DNA of 64,000 nt from Amoebophrya sp. A120 (Eukaryota; Protista; Dinoflagellata). The notes beneath the pieces were generated by a model. It saw nothing but the letters and a program-made list of their open reading frames with translations. It had not been told where the DNA came from and searched no databases. Location of the stretch: the NCBI GenBank assembly GCA_905178155.1, contig CAJINV010000004.1, positions 9,873,570 through 9,937,569 on the forward strand, in the 5' to 3' direction. Below are positions 48,718-60,800 of the stretch, one piece after another. The position numbers and the translations under genes were made by a program. Within the stretch, counting starts at the first letter, position 1. Every line of letters starts with the position of its first letter.

Positions 48718-51700
48718 ATGCCCATCGTCCGGTGCCACCACCGAAGAACAGCAGTACAGAATCCGGGCGTCATGGTGGCCCGATCGGTGAGAGTGCCGTT
48801 TCTGTTAGCAGTCCTACTTTGGAGCTCGGCGCATTTAGATGTCGCGAGAAGCCGAGCCGTGGGGTGTCAGACAAGTGACTGCGAGACCGTGGCGCGGTCG
48901 CGGCCAATGGAGACAGAGTTTGAGCGAACAACTGAGAACCCAGTTGCCGGCATCGCGCTTTCAGCACCAGCAACACGTGTGCAGGGAATGCTTCCGATGC
49001 GGCGTGGCAGGAAGCAGCAGAAAAAATCGACGGCAGCCCGCGTCAGAGGCGCCCTACTCAGTGCCGGAGCAGCACTCGGAATTTTGCAAGGGCGACCACT
49101 CGTCCAGGCTGGCATTCATCAAAGGCCAGGCAGCACTACGCTTCAGCCAGGTCCTTGTCGCAGTTTTCTGTCTACGCCGACAGCGCCGATTCTTTCCGCA
49201 ACTAATCGCAAGAATAACGGCGGGGCACTAACATGGCTCAAAAGCGGAGCCTCGGTACAACGAAATTCGGTGCTAAAGCACTATGATCGCCGACATCGCA
49301 GTGCAGTTGTGGCGACACAGCCAAGAACGCAGCTGCGCGCCGGGAATGGGAATAAAAATGGAGCAGGCCACGACGACCTTTTCCGTCCGGGCAAAGACGG
49401 CAACTACGACCGCACACACTTTTGGCGGAGCAACTCGAAACTGAAAGGCCTGAAAAGGGTATTCCGCTACATGCTGACCCGGAAAGCGCAACACGACGCG
49501 CAGCTGTTGGCGGCGCAGTGGAAACTCGAGGAGGTCCGATGGAAACTAGAGCAACTGCGGCTGGATCATAAAACTGCCGATATGAAAAATGCGTCGACGA
49601 TGGGTGTTTCCTCTGACGCAGCTGACGATGCGCGAGATATGACAGTGAAAAACGCTTCGAGTCCGACCTCCGCGGGATCATTATCAACAGCAGGATCTTC
49701 CGCGTCCTCCGTAGTGTCACCCAATTCCAAGGATCCCTCTCTCGACGACGCGGCGCGCCGTCGCGGGAAGGACCGGCTTCCGCTGGCCGACCCAGAGTTC
49801 TTCGAAGATGTTCATGATTTGGAACAAGAGCGTGATGGCAACATAGACGATGGGTTTTTTCCTGGAAGTGATTCTGATTTGCCTGGTGCTTCAGGACCTC
49901 CGCGGAATTATTTCAACAAAAATTCATCGTCATCTTCGAGCGCGAGTGCTTCTCCAACACCTCCTGGAAGCGGCGAGGATGCTGGCGGCAAGGATGTTGA
50001 AGGTACTACTTCTAGAAGCACCTCCGATACTTCTAGGCGAATGGATAATGCTCCTTCTTCGGAAGATGATCAAGATTCCATCGCATCCCGAATCGACTGG
50101 CACACGACCGGCACGAGACGTGCTTCTGGTTTTTATTTTCAAAATCCTAAGAGTCATAAACCAGAAAGAGCAGCTCGTGAGGGGCGCGTGAGACGTCGAG
50201 CTGGGACAGATACTAAGCTGCCTGATCAAGATCATGATGATGTTCTTTCCAGTCCTGAAGAAAGAGGTCGTGCAGAAGATGATGCTGAGTCCTCCTCCGA
50301 TGACGGTGGAGGTGGTTGGCTGTTCGGCCGTGGCCACCGCAGCCGGAGCCATAAGAACGCCAAAAATGATCGGAAAAATAATGAAAATGCTGACCGGGCC
50401 AAGAGCAAGAATTACAACGAGATGAGACATCAAGACAGTCGAAGCAATGCCGAACGAACTGTAAACTTGAACCTCACTCCAGGAGAGCAGGAAGCGTTGA
50501 GTGGCGACGCGGGCGGCGATTCTGCCAGCGGCGCTGTGGGAAGTAAAGGTCGTGATCACGAGGACGATCTGCTGGGCCATTTTGCTCATTTCGGTACTAA
50601 CGCGTCTGGGTTTTTTGAAGATGATTTTTCTGGTAACTACGAAAAGACCGACAGAGGGGACGAAGAACTACGTCAAGAAGAGTCGCCCCTGTTGCCCAGT
50701 TTGTCAAAAGTCCTTCTCGACACCACCGCGGGGCGCGAGGCACTGGACGAGCTGTTTACCTACTGGATTGTGTGCCCACTCGACACGCACCGGGATCCGG
50801 AGCTGGAATTTTTGGTCAAGGAGATCGAGCTGCTGTTTCAGGAAGATTGGGCAAACTGCGTGGAAAAGCGGGTGTTGGTGTGGGCGCGGAGCCATGCGGA
50901 GAAAGAGCAAATGGAACTGCAGGAACATGTACCAATTTTTCTGGACTTATTTCTGGATTAAGTTCGCTACATGTAGTAGACAACACAAAGCGCAAAATGT
51001 GTTTCGTGAAGGAAGAGACGACTGGATGGTAGTGCTGGTCGCTGTTAGAGTTTTGCTTTCGGATTTTCCAACCTGAAGTTTTCTGTGTCCGATAAAGATG
51101 ATCATGATCTTCTCTCATAGCACTAGTCCAGGTGCTTCAACATTCTCATTCAAACTGGAAACAAGGAAGTGCAAATGCACATGTCAAAGTCAAAAATCGC
51201 GTCTATCACAGCGTGCTTACCTCGAGGCCTGTTGGGCATTGCCTGCGGTGAACCGAGACGAGATGTTGGGCAAGGCACGGGCTGCTACAGAAGCAGAAGC
51301 CAATGCAGAATTGGAGCAGGGTAAAAATAAAGCCAATACTAAAAAACTTCCACCAGCAAAGCCACCTGTTCTGCCCGAAGACATGAAAGGAGTGCTCGAT
51401 CGCATCGCAGCCACGTCGCGAATCACGCGGAAGGTAAACCGAGGAAATCGGCGGTCGGAGGGTTCTAGTAGTGGAAAGAACCCAAGGGCAGCTACCGGTG
51501 CGGATGCAGCACCAGGACCAGAACAGCGTTCTGGTAGGAGCCCCACTGCTGCAAATCGGACCTCGCCGGAACAAATAGCAGGGAACAAGATGTCGGAGCA
51601 CGATCAATCATGCGAGGACCAGAGTTCGTCCGCAGGTGCACAAGGTAACGATAGGAAGAAGTCCTCCTCTGAGGTCGAAGACGAGGAAGGGGACACATAA
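48718..51700 (+). CDS. Hypothetical protein with a signal-peptide-like N-terminus; 2 exons
   Basis: Exons 48718-50928 and 51212-51700 join in frame across the GT-AG intron 50929-51211. Hydrophobic stretch VPFLLAVLLWSSA. Confidence 0.68.
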
Positions 51701-53269
51701 AAAAGCTAACCACACCAAACACGCGAATTCAAAAAATAACAACCGTTTATAGATTTTCCATATGCATTTGCATCGTTTGCAGCTCGTGCGCATTTATTCG
51801 TGCCGCAAAGTGGGAGCCTCCGTTTTATTCAAGCAAAGGAAGCTCCTGTTGGCGTGGCGGCAAGATCGAAGATAACCTAGATTTGATAAGTATTAAGTAG
51901 CTTCACGGTGAGAGGTTTGATTGACTGCTCCATGACACTCATGAGAGACAAAACGATGGGTCCTATTCTTTATCTTTTTGTTTTTGAATTAAGATTGACT
52001 TTTTCGATATACGCCCTACCAGCACTGCCTGCCTTGCATTTTCCATTGCTCAGCTTGATACACGCCGTGTCCGTACTAGATATTGCCTGTGCAGCTCCTT
52101 AACAAAGAAATACACATGATGCGTGAAGAAGCAAACCTGAATAGGATTTTCTCTACTAATATAGCACGCCAACTACACGTTCCTGTAGCTGTACATAGTT
52201 GTACCAACCGCTCGGTCTCTACTAGAAGTAGCCACTAATATACCGATGATTCTAAATAATCCTGCTCCTGATCCATCGCGACCTAGAAGTAGCCAATTAT
52301 ATTCCAACGAGTCTAAATCCAATACCAATAGATTAAAAACTTGATTCTACGTCGCCAGTAATGAGCAAATATGTGTAGTTGCAGTTTCTCTATCGATATG
52401 CCAGTACCTACTAGCTTCATACCGCCGCGCGCGGCTGCTCGTGGCGAAGGCGACGGGAAACGAAAGTCGGAGTTGACGTTAGTCGTTTCTCGATACCGCG
52501 ACACCAAGTACTAGATGCACTCGACGACTAGAATGAAATGCTGCCCAACACTTGTTGCCTTTACCAGCATGAATTTGCTTACACTCTGGGGTGTAAACAG
52601 ATTGCATTATTACCAGAAAAAAAAAATAGTTGCGCTCGCGTTTGCTTGAAACGAAAAAACTCCACAAGTATCTCGTCTGCACGATTTTCATTTAGCACGC
52701 TGTACTCCTGCTCCTGGCGACGGGAGCGGCATCAGGAGCCCACGACATACGAAGTGGCAACTCCGCTGGTGTTGGTTCTTCCTTTTTCTTGGTGTTCGGC
52801 AAGCAAGCAGCAGCACCGTTGCTTTCAAACCGCATTCCAGTTATGTGGAACCGTGTATTTGCTCCATTTTCCTCATTTACGCTCACGAAAGATCGGGTCT
52901 TTGTGAAATAACGGATCAGTGCACCGCCACTCCCTCGAAAGGAGAACGACTCGCTCTCCTTTCGTCTTATACCTCAGTTCAAGTTCTTACCCTAAGAATG
53001 CACCATTGGATACAGAACCATTGAGAGCGTCGGCGTCACTTTATGAATCGGTGGTGTGTAGTGCCTTTCACTTTCTCGTGCATATGGTGCCGGCAACCTC
53101 AATGTGCTGCGAAAATCTTGGCAGACGGAGTTGTCTTGACAAAAAAGTATTTTAGAAAAACTGGAGGGTCTCTTGAGTTAACAGCGAACACGTATTACAT
53201 GTCTAAACTTTCTCGCAATCCGGGATTTTTTGTTGAGTAACAGTTGTGTCAAGAACAGAAAACGCGACC

Positions 53270-53614
53270 ATGCCGCGGAAGGGCGAGAAAATGACCGAGG
53301 AGCAGAAGAAGAAGCTCCAGGAGGGGCGAAAGGCCAAGAAGGACAAAAAAATGGAGACGAAGAAGAAGCGCGCAGAGGCGCTGGCCATCGCACGACAGAA
53401 GCAAAAGGAGGCCCGGGATGCGGCGAAGATCGCGGACGGGGGCGGTGGTATGGTCGACATGATGGGACGAGCAATTATGGAGAAAGACAAAAAAGCGAAG
53501 AAAAGTAAGAACAACAACCCTAAGATGAAAGTAGACACCGAGGAAGCTCTCCCGCCGCCCGATGCGATCGGGTTCTTCGGCCAGGGAGAGGTGCTGCGGG
53601 AGGGATGTACCTAA
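53270..53614 (+). CDS. Small Lys-rich basic protein with a NUMOD3-like N-terminal motif
   Basis: MPRKGEKMTEEQKKKLQEGRKAKKDKK...; codon usage resembles that of the other genes. The 3' end may be spliced (acceptor-like ttttcag near 53672). Confidence 0.6.
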   Translation: MPRKGEKMTEEQKKKLQEGRKAKKDKKMETKKKRAEALAIARQKQKEARDAAKIADGGGGMVDMMGRAIMEKDKKAKKSKNNNPKMKVDTEEALPPPDAIGFFGQGEVLREGCT

Positions 53615-54860
53615 TTTGATCTGTTTTGTTTCGTACACTAACTTCAACTTTACTATTGATTTGTATTTTCAGAACGACATTGTTCACGTTCTTTTTCTTG
53701 GTGAGATGTAACGGGTAGGCTGCAGAAAGAGACGACACGGCAACGGGATGAAAAGTGACAGAATGACGTAAAATTTTGCATGCAAAAATCATCAACACAG
53801 CACACACGCTGCCCGAGTCGGAGAAACTCCCGAACTTCTGAATCCTATCTCCGGAAAGGAATTCAATTTTCCGCCGCGCGACAAGTCGCACGGCAAAACC
53901 AAAAGCTGCGATGTGTGCTGGCGCTCACCAGCATCTGCAACGGGTCGAAGGAGGCAGTTTTCTTTCACCACGACAAATCCGCAGCAGAAGCACTGCACAA
54001 TGGCGATTTTCTAAGTAGTAATTTTAAGAGCAATAATTTCTGAAGTGAACCTTTTTGCGGCGTTTTTGGTTTCGAGAACAGAATCCCAGTTTGAATTACA
54101 ACCTCTGTGAATACAATGTATACTTAGCCAAGTAATAGACTAGGACTACCAGCGATCGTTATATTTTCATCTCACTATGGGCGGTGCTGCGAGAATCCGG
54201 TAGAACTACCCGAACTGGCCATCATCGTGCTTGCGTGTATCAAATAAACCAAACGCGGCGCGGCACGGTGTCCATGTGAGAAGCAAGGTTTGGAAGATGT
54301 TGTCTCGAAGGCGAAGTTTTTACGAAGGAGACAGAAATGTTTGACAGACTGTCGAGTGGTCGTTTGCCTGGATTGCTACTAACTTCGACCAGATTTAGAC
54401 TCATATTTATTTTTAGGATAATCAAGGAGATCTAGATTTATCATTGTCTCACTCGACAACGAGAAGTTTCACGCTTCGACCCAGAGGTGTACTCTTAATG
54501 CACTTCCGGATTATTTTCCCTGGTCGAGTACCGTGAGGGCTTTCTCCTGTTCAGTGCTCACCAGGTACTAGAGACACAACAATGCGGAGCCAGAATGACA
54601 TTGACATTTGAGCGAAATAACGAGGAGGCGCAAACCCACACGTTCTCTTAATGTGAGTGTAGCAGAGAACTGCTTGGTGACCAATTTTTGAAGAGCGGGT
54701 AGAAGAAGTTTTCTTCACATGAAAGCAAGCAATGCCGGTATCGGTAATGCTAATGTCTTTTCCGCGCCGCACTTTTCTCCTGTAGTAGCAACTCCTGAAA
54801 GTAATTCTCCAGTTTTTCTTCCCTTCGTGCGTGTTTCTCGTGTTGACGCACCCTTTCAGG

Positions 54861-57800
54861 ATGTTTGAGCAACCTCGCGGGCGGATTCGTGCAGCTGGCC
54901 GAAGTTGTCCTACTACTTCTAGTTTGCCAAGTGCAACTACGGTCAAAAGGACCACCACCACGACCAAGGGGATTATCACGGACCGTTGCGACATTTCCGA
55001 CCGGTCCACGCCGGAAAATTCCTCAGAGGAAGAAGATGGCGAGGATGATGGTACCCGAAGACCACCTGCTAGTACACCCTATCGCGGCCCTAGCAACTGC
55101 ACCAACATCGGCGGGGACACCACCCGCGGCAAGACCGACGAAGAGATTCTGGCCGCAAGAATCCAAATGCAGAAGGACAAGATGATCTTCAGGAACGTCG
55201 GCCCAACGACGACCTCCTCGAAGATGGAGGTGCTGGCTTCTTCACGTGCGGCTGCTGGTGCCACCAAGTTTTCATCTCGTCGGGGGAAAACTACGTGCGG
55301 CATTGATAGCGCGGCGGAAATATTGAAGAATCAGGGAGGACCAGCAACGATGCCATCATCTTCAGGCGGCATGATTTTCGGTTGCGCGTCTACAACATCT
55401 GGAGCTGCTGGTACTACATGCGTAACCTCTTCCTCCACTTCCATGGTCGTGACCTATTCGCAGATGGAGCAAAATCTTCAAAACCTTCGTCGCCAATACG
55501 ACGAGCGCGTGCAACGCTGTGTCGAGCTGCGCGAGGAGGCCGATGGCAATGCAAAGAAAGCGAAGAAATGCGAGGCGGTGGAGGCGGAGTTTCACCAGTT
55601 TTTGCTCAAGATTTGCTTGGGCAAGTGGAAGAACCGAATGACCCGGTACAAGCACGTATCTACTGTGCAAAAGTCTCGCACTCGTACTTCTAAATGCAGC
55701 TATGCATGTAGGAGTATGACAAATCTTTTTTCTAAGCTACATCGCCATGACAAATCGGATTTGATGTCTGGCTGAGAACATTTGACATGCAACCGCTGCT
55801 ACTAGTGCGATCGCGATGCTTTTGTAATTCATAGAACGCGGAAGAGATTCCGGTGGAGGAGTTGGAGCAGGCCCTTGCCTATGCGTTACAAATATGGTCC
55901 TTGGGTTTTGATTTGTGATGCAAGATCTGAAGGACAAAAAGATCCGCAATGCATGAATACCAATACGATTGGCCTTGGCCAGCTTTTTATTTTTTTTGTC
56001 GCGCTCGCGGCGGATCGATGCCAGTTTTATATTTTTTGTAATGTTAAGAACGAATTATGTCTACTGGAACAATCCAGGCTGTATCAGCAACATCAGTCTC
56101 CAGACCCAGACATTTTTGAAATGTATATCGCCGAGACGCATGAGAAACTGGAGAAGCTGGAAAAAGAAATGGAAGTGTCGGAGGAAGAGGTAGCGTGATT
56201 TTTTGTCCCGTGCGTCCAGCTATGGTGTATTCGCATCATGGCATAGAAGTTCAATTTCATTTATTTCCTTTAGCGTGATCGACTACAGGTAAAGGTAAAG
56301 ACACGACCATGAGACGATGTTGAATTTTCGGCATTTTGACAATTACTTATCCAGAATTCCTGTCTGCGCAAAGCCGTGGAAGTTTTACGGGAAGACCAGG
56401 ATCGGGTGCGGACCGCCGACGAGGCCTGCGAGCGCATCCAGCAAACGGCGCAGGAGCAGATCAAGCAGATCGAGGAGCAGTGCGAGGAAAGGGTGAAAAC
56501 GCTGGAACAGGAGCTGCAGGAGGAAAAAGATAAAAACCGGCAGTACAAGGAGGAATCCGAGGCCCGGATCCGGCTTCTCGAGACCGGCGCGCGCGAGTGC
56601 ATCGAGAACGCCTGGCACGACGCGAACAAGCACGCCGAGGGGGCGGCGGCGCAGGTGGCGTTGTTGGAGGAAAAAAGGCAGGAGACGGTGTCGGAACACG
56701 ACCAGCGAATGCAGAACATGCAGCAGGAAGTGCAGCGACAGGCGGAGGAGTTCTCCACGAGGCTGAGGGAGTTCGAGGAGCGGAATAAACAGGAGAAAGC
56801 TGATCTAGAAGTAAAACACCATGAAGAGATCGAACAGGTACAGAAAAAATTTGAAGAAAAAATGCAGGAAAAACATGCGGAACATCAAGCGAAATTGGAC
56901 CAACAAGAAGTCGTGCTCGTCACCGCGAAGGAAGAGTTTGAGCAGGAGCTGACATTGGTGAAAGAAGAGCACAAAGAGGAAGTGGAGAAGTTGGAAAACC
57001 GGGTGCGAAAAGAAATCGAAAACTTGACGGAACTGCACGAAAAGAAGCTGGCGGACCTGGAAGCGAGTCACACGGAAGTGGTACTGTTTGAGAAGGAGAA
57101 GTGGTCGCAGGAGCAGGAGGTGTTACGGGAAAAGCTCGACGAAGCCGAAGAGGAGCTGATTCAAGTGCAGCAAATGAAGCGAGAGGAAGTCAAAGTGCTG
57201 GAGAAGAAATTTGAAGAGGAAAAGGCGGCACTTTTGGAACAGCATGCGGATTTGCTCGAGGAAAAGACGCTGGAGAACGAAAAATCGCTGCACCACCTGC
57301 AGTATGAAGTTGCAAAAGTGGTGGCGTCGTGCTAGTAGTAAGCGCAATAGCAAATTATTTTACTAGCAGCTCAACATGACATTGACAGACCGAATTTGTG
57401 AAGCAGATTTAGCTTGAGACTTGTTCGTGTCTTGCATGATTGCGATTTAGAAGTACGGGCACGATACTTCTTTTGCACAGGATACGCAGCACAACGCTCT
57501 TCGGCAGTCCGAGGAGCTCGCGAGCCAGAAAAAGCTGCTGGAGGAACGGTTTTTAAAGGCGACGGAGGAACAACGAAAGCACGAGGAGGAGTTCCTAGCG
57601 AAACGAATCTTGGAGGCGCAGACGGAGTGCAATGAACGGGTGGCGAAGGCGAACCAGAGGATTTTTGACCTGGAGAAAAACTTGTGCGCGGAGGTGTGTG
57701 GTGATCTGGCCAAAACCCTGAAGTACATGATGGAGACAAATTTGGAGCTCTCCGGCGGCCCGCGACCGGAAATTGCGCGCGAAGACTTGCTGCCGGACGC

Positions 57801-60800
57801 GGTGTTTCAGTACTTGCGGTTGAGCAAACCGGGCGTCCGGATTCACGATAGGCTGCTGCTAGAAGTGAAAAACGCAACAAAGAAGATGTTTGGGGGCGAA
57901 GTACTAGCCGAAGGGGGCAACGACCAGGAGGAACATCAACATCTTGAAGGCAGAAATCAAACGGGAGACGAACACGAGCCGGGTCCGGTCGATATGAACG
58001 CAAAATTAGTAAAAAGCAAAGAATCTTTCCTCGCGGACAACGCCGGTGGGCGCGGGGATGGGAAGGCTCGCAGCCTGCAAAAGAACGAGCACGCTCTAGC
58101 AGAGCTGCAGGACGGCCAAGAAACCGCGACACGCACAGAAAAGGAAGGTTATGGACGTGAAGCTGTCGACCTTGCTGGGGCAGCAGCTGTGCCAGCACAA
58201 ACTCTGTCGCACCACGACGAAACGGACGACGAAGCCACTACTACGCCTATGCGGATTACGAAGCAGTATCTCCGGAAGCCGCGGACCGAGAGCTGCGGGG
58301 GAGGTGAAGAAGTTGAGGGACATGAAACAGATGATCCTCTTCTCTCCGTGGGAGGACGGGACGACGTGATGACCCTGGCGGAAGAAGCGGTGACAAAATT
58401 GTTTGCGAAGGTCATGATCCATGAAGATGTGCTCAGCTGTACCAACAAGAAAAGTAGTGCTGGACAAAAGGTGAACCAGAACGTCTTGGCGCAGGCCGAT
58501 CTTGCAAACACCAGCAATTGCAGCAACCATCACCCGGATAGCAGCCTGAGTGACATTGAGGCGGTGTACTCCCCTGCTTCTACGATACCGAATCATACGC
58601 CTGTGGAAGAGGTTGCAGATGGACATATTGCAGTTGGAGTTGGCGCAGGGGCTGGCGACGCCATTGCGGTAGACAGGCCCAATGAGAAAGAACCTAAAGC
58701 AGGAGAAGAACAGCACGCGTCGGAAAAGACCGATCTTCAGGCCGACGCTGTCAAACACGTCGTCGCGGAGGGGTCTGGTGGCGTTGTGCCTACTTCTCGT
58801 GCGAAAGCGAAGCACAAACAGGTTGGCGCATCAAATACTAGCGGAGCGGCCCCGACAGAAGCACAACCACCATCATCTGTTACCTCCACGATCCTGAGCT
58901 CCGTTTGGGGACTGAAAAGCGTGCTACTGGCTGCACCAGGAGGTGCAGGGGAAGGTAGAAAAGAAGCTGTGAAAGAAGGCAGCTGCAATCTTGAAGCTAC
59001 AACGTCGGTAGGAGGTGCTCCAAATGAACTTGCTTATTCGGCAACTGGTGATAAGAACGTCTCCGATTCTCAAGTTCAAGCACCTCCAGTCAGCGAGATG
59101 AGCGGATTAATATCGACAAAGTCGCCAGGTGACTCATCATCTGACGTCCAGATTCTTGCGAATGAGGAGCTACCAACAACCCAGAAATTCGTGGCCTTTG
59201 ATTTAACGAAATACGCTGTGGAAGAGGCGTTATTCGACGATCTTCATGGTACTAAAAATGGGGATGATCTTTCCTCGACGAGAAATAACCGCACCGATGA
59301 GATGAATTCGGCGACGCAAGCACGACAACACCATCAGGGAGGTAGAAGCACCAAACCCACCACCACCACCACCTCCGCCCTGGACACGCTCGCGAACTGG
59401 GCAGAACAGCAATTGGATGAGGAATCGGATCACGAGCAGGCTCTAGTACTCCATGGAGAACAAATGAACTCCGCGCGGAAGGATGGAAGGACGGCGCAAG
59501 CAGTATGGCGTTCTCAAACGTTACATTCTCAACTGTTACATGGATTGGTGGTGCAAGAATGGGAAAAGTGAAAAGGGGGAGGTTGCGCCTGTAGCATTAC
59601 AAATTCCGCACAGATTTAGGCGCTGTTGAGCCCGAGGAAAGTTTGTCATGCGAAGCAGCTTGATAGCGTGGATGATGATGGTGCTTTTGCATGACAAATT
59701 CATGTGACAGTTGAGAATGTAACGTTTGAGAGCCCCATAAGTAGAAGAAGCCGCTTGCGCTTTTTCCCTCACTTCCCCGGCAGAGACGGTATTTCTTGCT
59801 GAGCTCGGGACTGATGAAATGAACCGCGCATCAGCAGCTGTGGATGACGACTTCTACCTGTCATCCGTGAACGGCTCCACAAGGGCGCTGCGAGTGAACA
59901 AAAACGGTAAAAACGTCGACGAGAATTTGGCTCGTTTCGGGGGTGAAAACACGACAGCGACAAGTGCAACAATTTCATACGAAACTGCAACGCTCTCCAG
60001 CTCTTCCTACCGTACCGTTTTGAACACGGCCCTGGCCACGATGTTCACGCAGCCAAGCAAGCTCCTGCTGACCAGTTCGGAGACCAAGAAGACGGGGGCC
60101 ACGACGGCTTCCAATTCTTGTACCGCGGACGCGAGTTCTTGTGAGGAAAGCACCTTCTCAAATGGTGGGGCCACAGTCTCGTCAAGTCGAGGCATTCTCT
60201 CCCGCGTGGTGGCGTCTTCTCAGATTCCAGTCCTGGAGCTGCAACGTGAGAATGAAGGGGAAGAACCTGGCGAGAACCATTTTTACCCGCACAGTAGCTG
60301 CGATGAGGAGCAAGGTACGCATGCCGGCGATCAAACAGCAGATGAGCTGCAACTGACTCGCCCCAGCACTCGACTAGTACCCTCGGGCGAGGTAGACGAA
60401 AACTCGACTAGTGGACAACGACATGAGCAGCTGTCTGGAACCACTGCTGCGAGACTAAAGGCAGGGCACTCAGCCGCGCCACCAACATCGTCATCATGTC
60501 GCCTCGACTACATTGTTAAGATGTTGCACGATGGCGCAGCACCAGCTGGTTCTTTTGGGCGACGTTTGTTCGCCCCAGCACCGAGACCAGGGTCCAGGTC
60601 TACCGTATCTTCTCGAGGAGGACTACAGGACGAACAGCATTTTTACCCACCTACAGTCTCAACAGAACTGCTCGCCGCGGCGCAGAAAGCGTTCGAATCG
60701 GTCAGCCAGGAGTGGACCGAGCTGCAGAACGAGCTCCAAGCCGGCGCGGCCGTTTTACCGCATGGCTGGACGTTTTCGCACCTCTACGCAGCCAAAGGGA

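Noticed and set aside
49100-49345. Signal peptide followed by a basic Ser/Thr-rich stretch ending TQLRA, resembling a bipartite plastid-targeting leader
   Set aside because: The composition is also typical of low-complexity regions, and no plastid-related domain is recognisable downstream.
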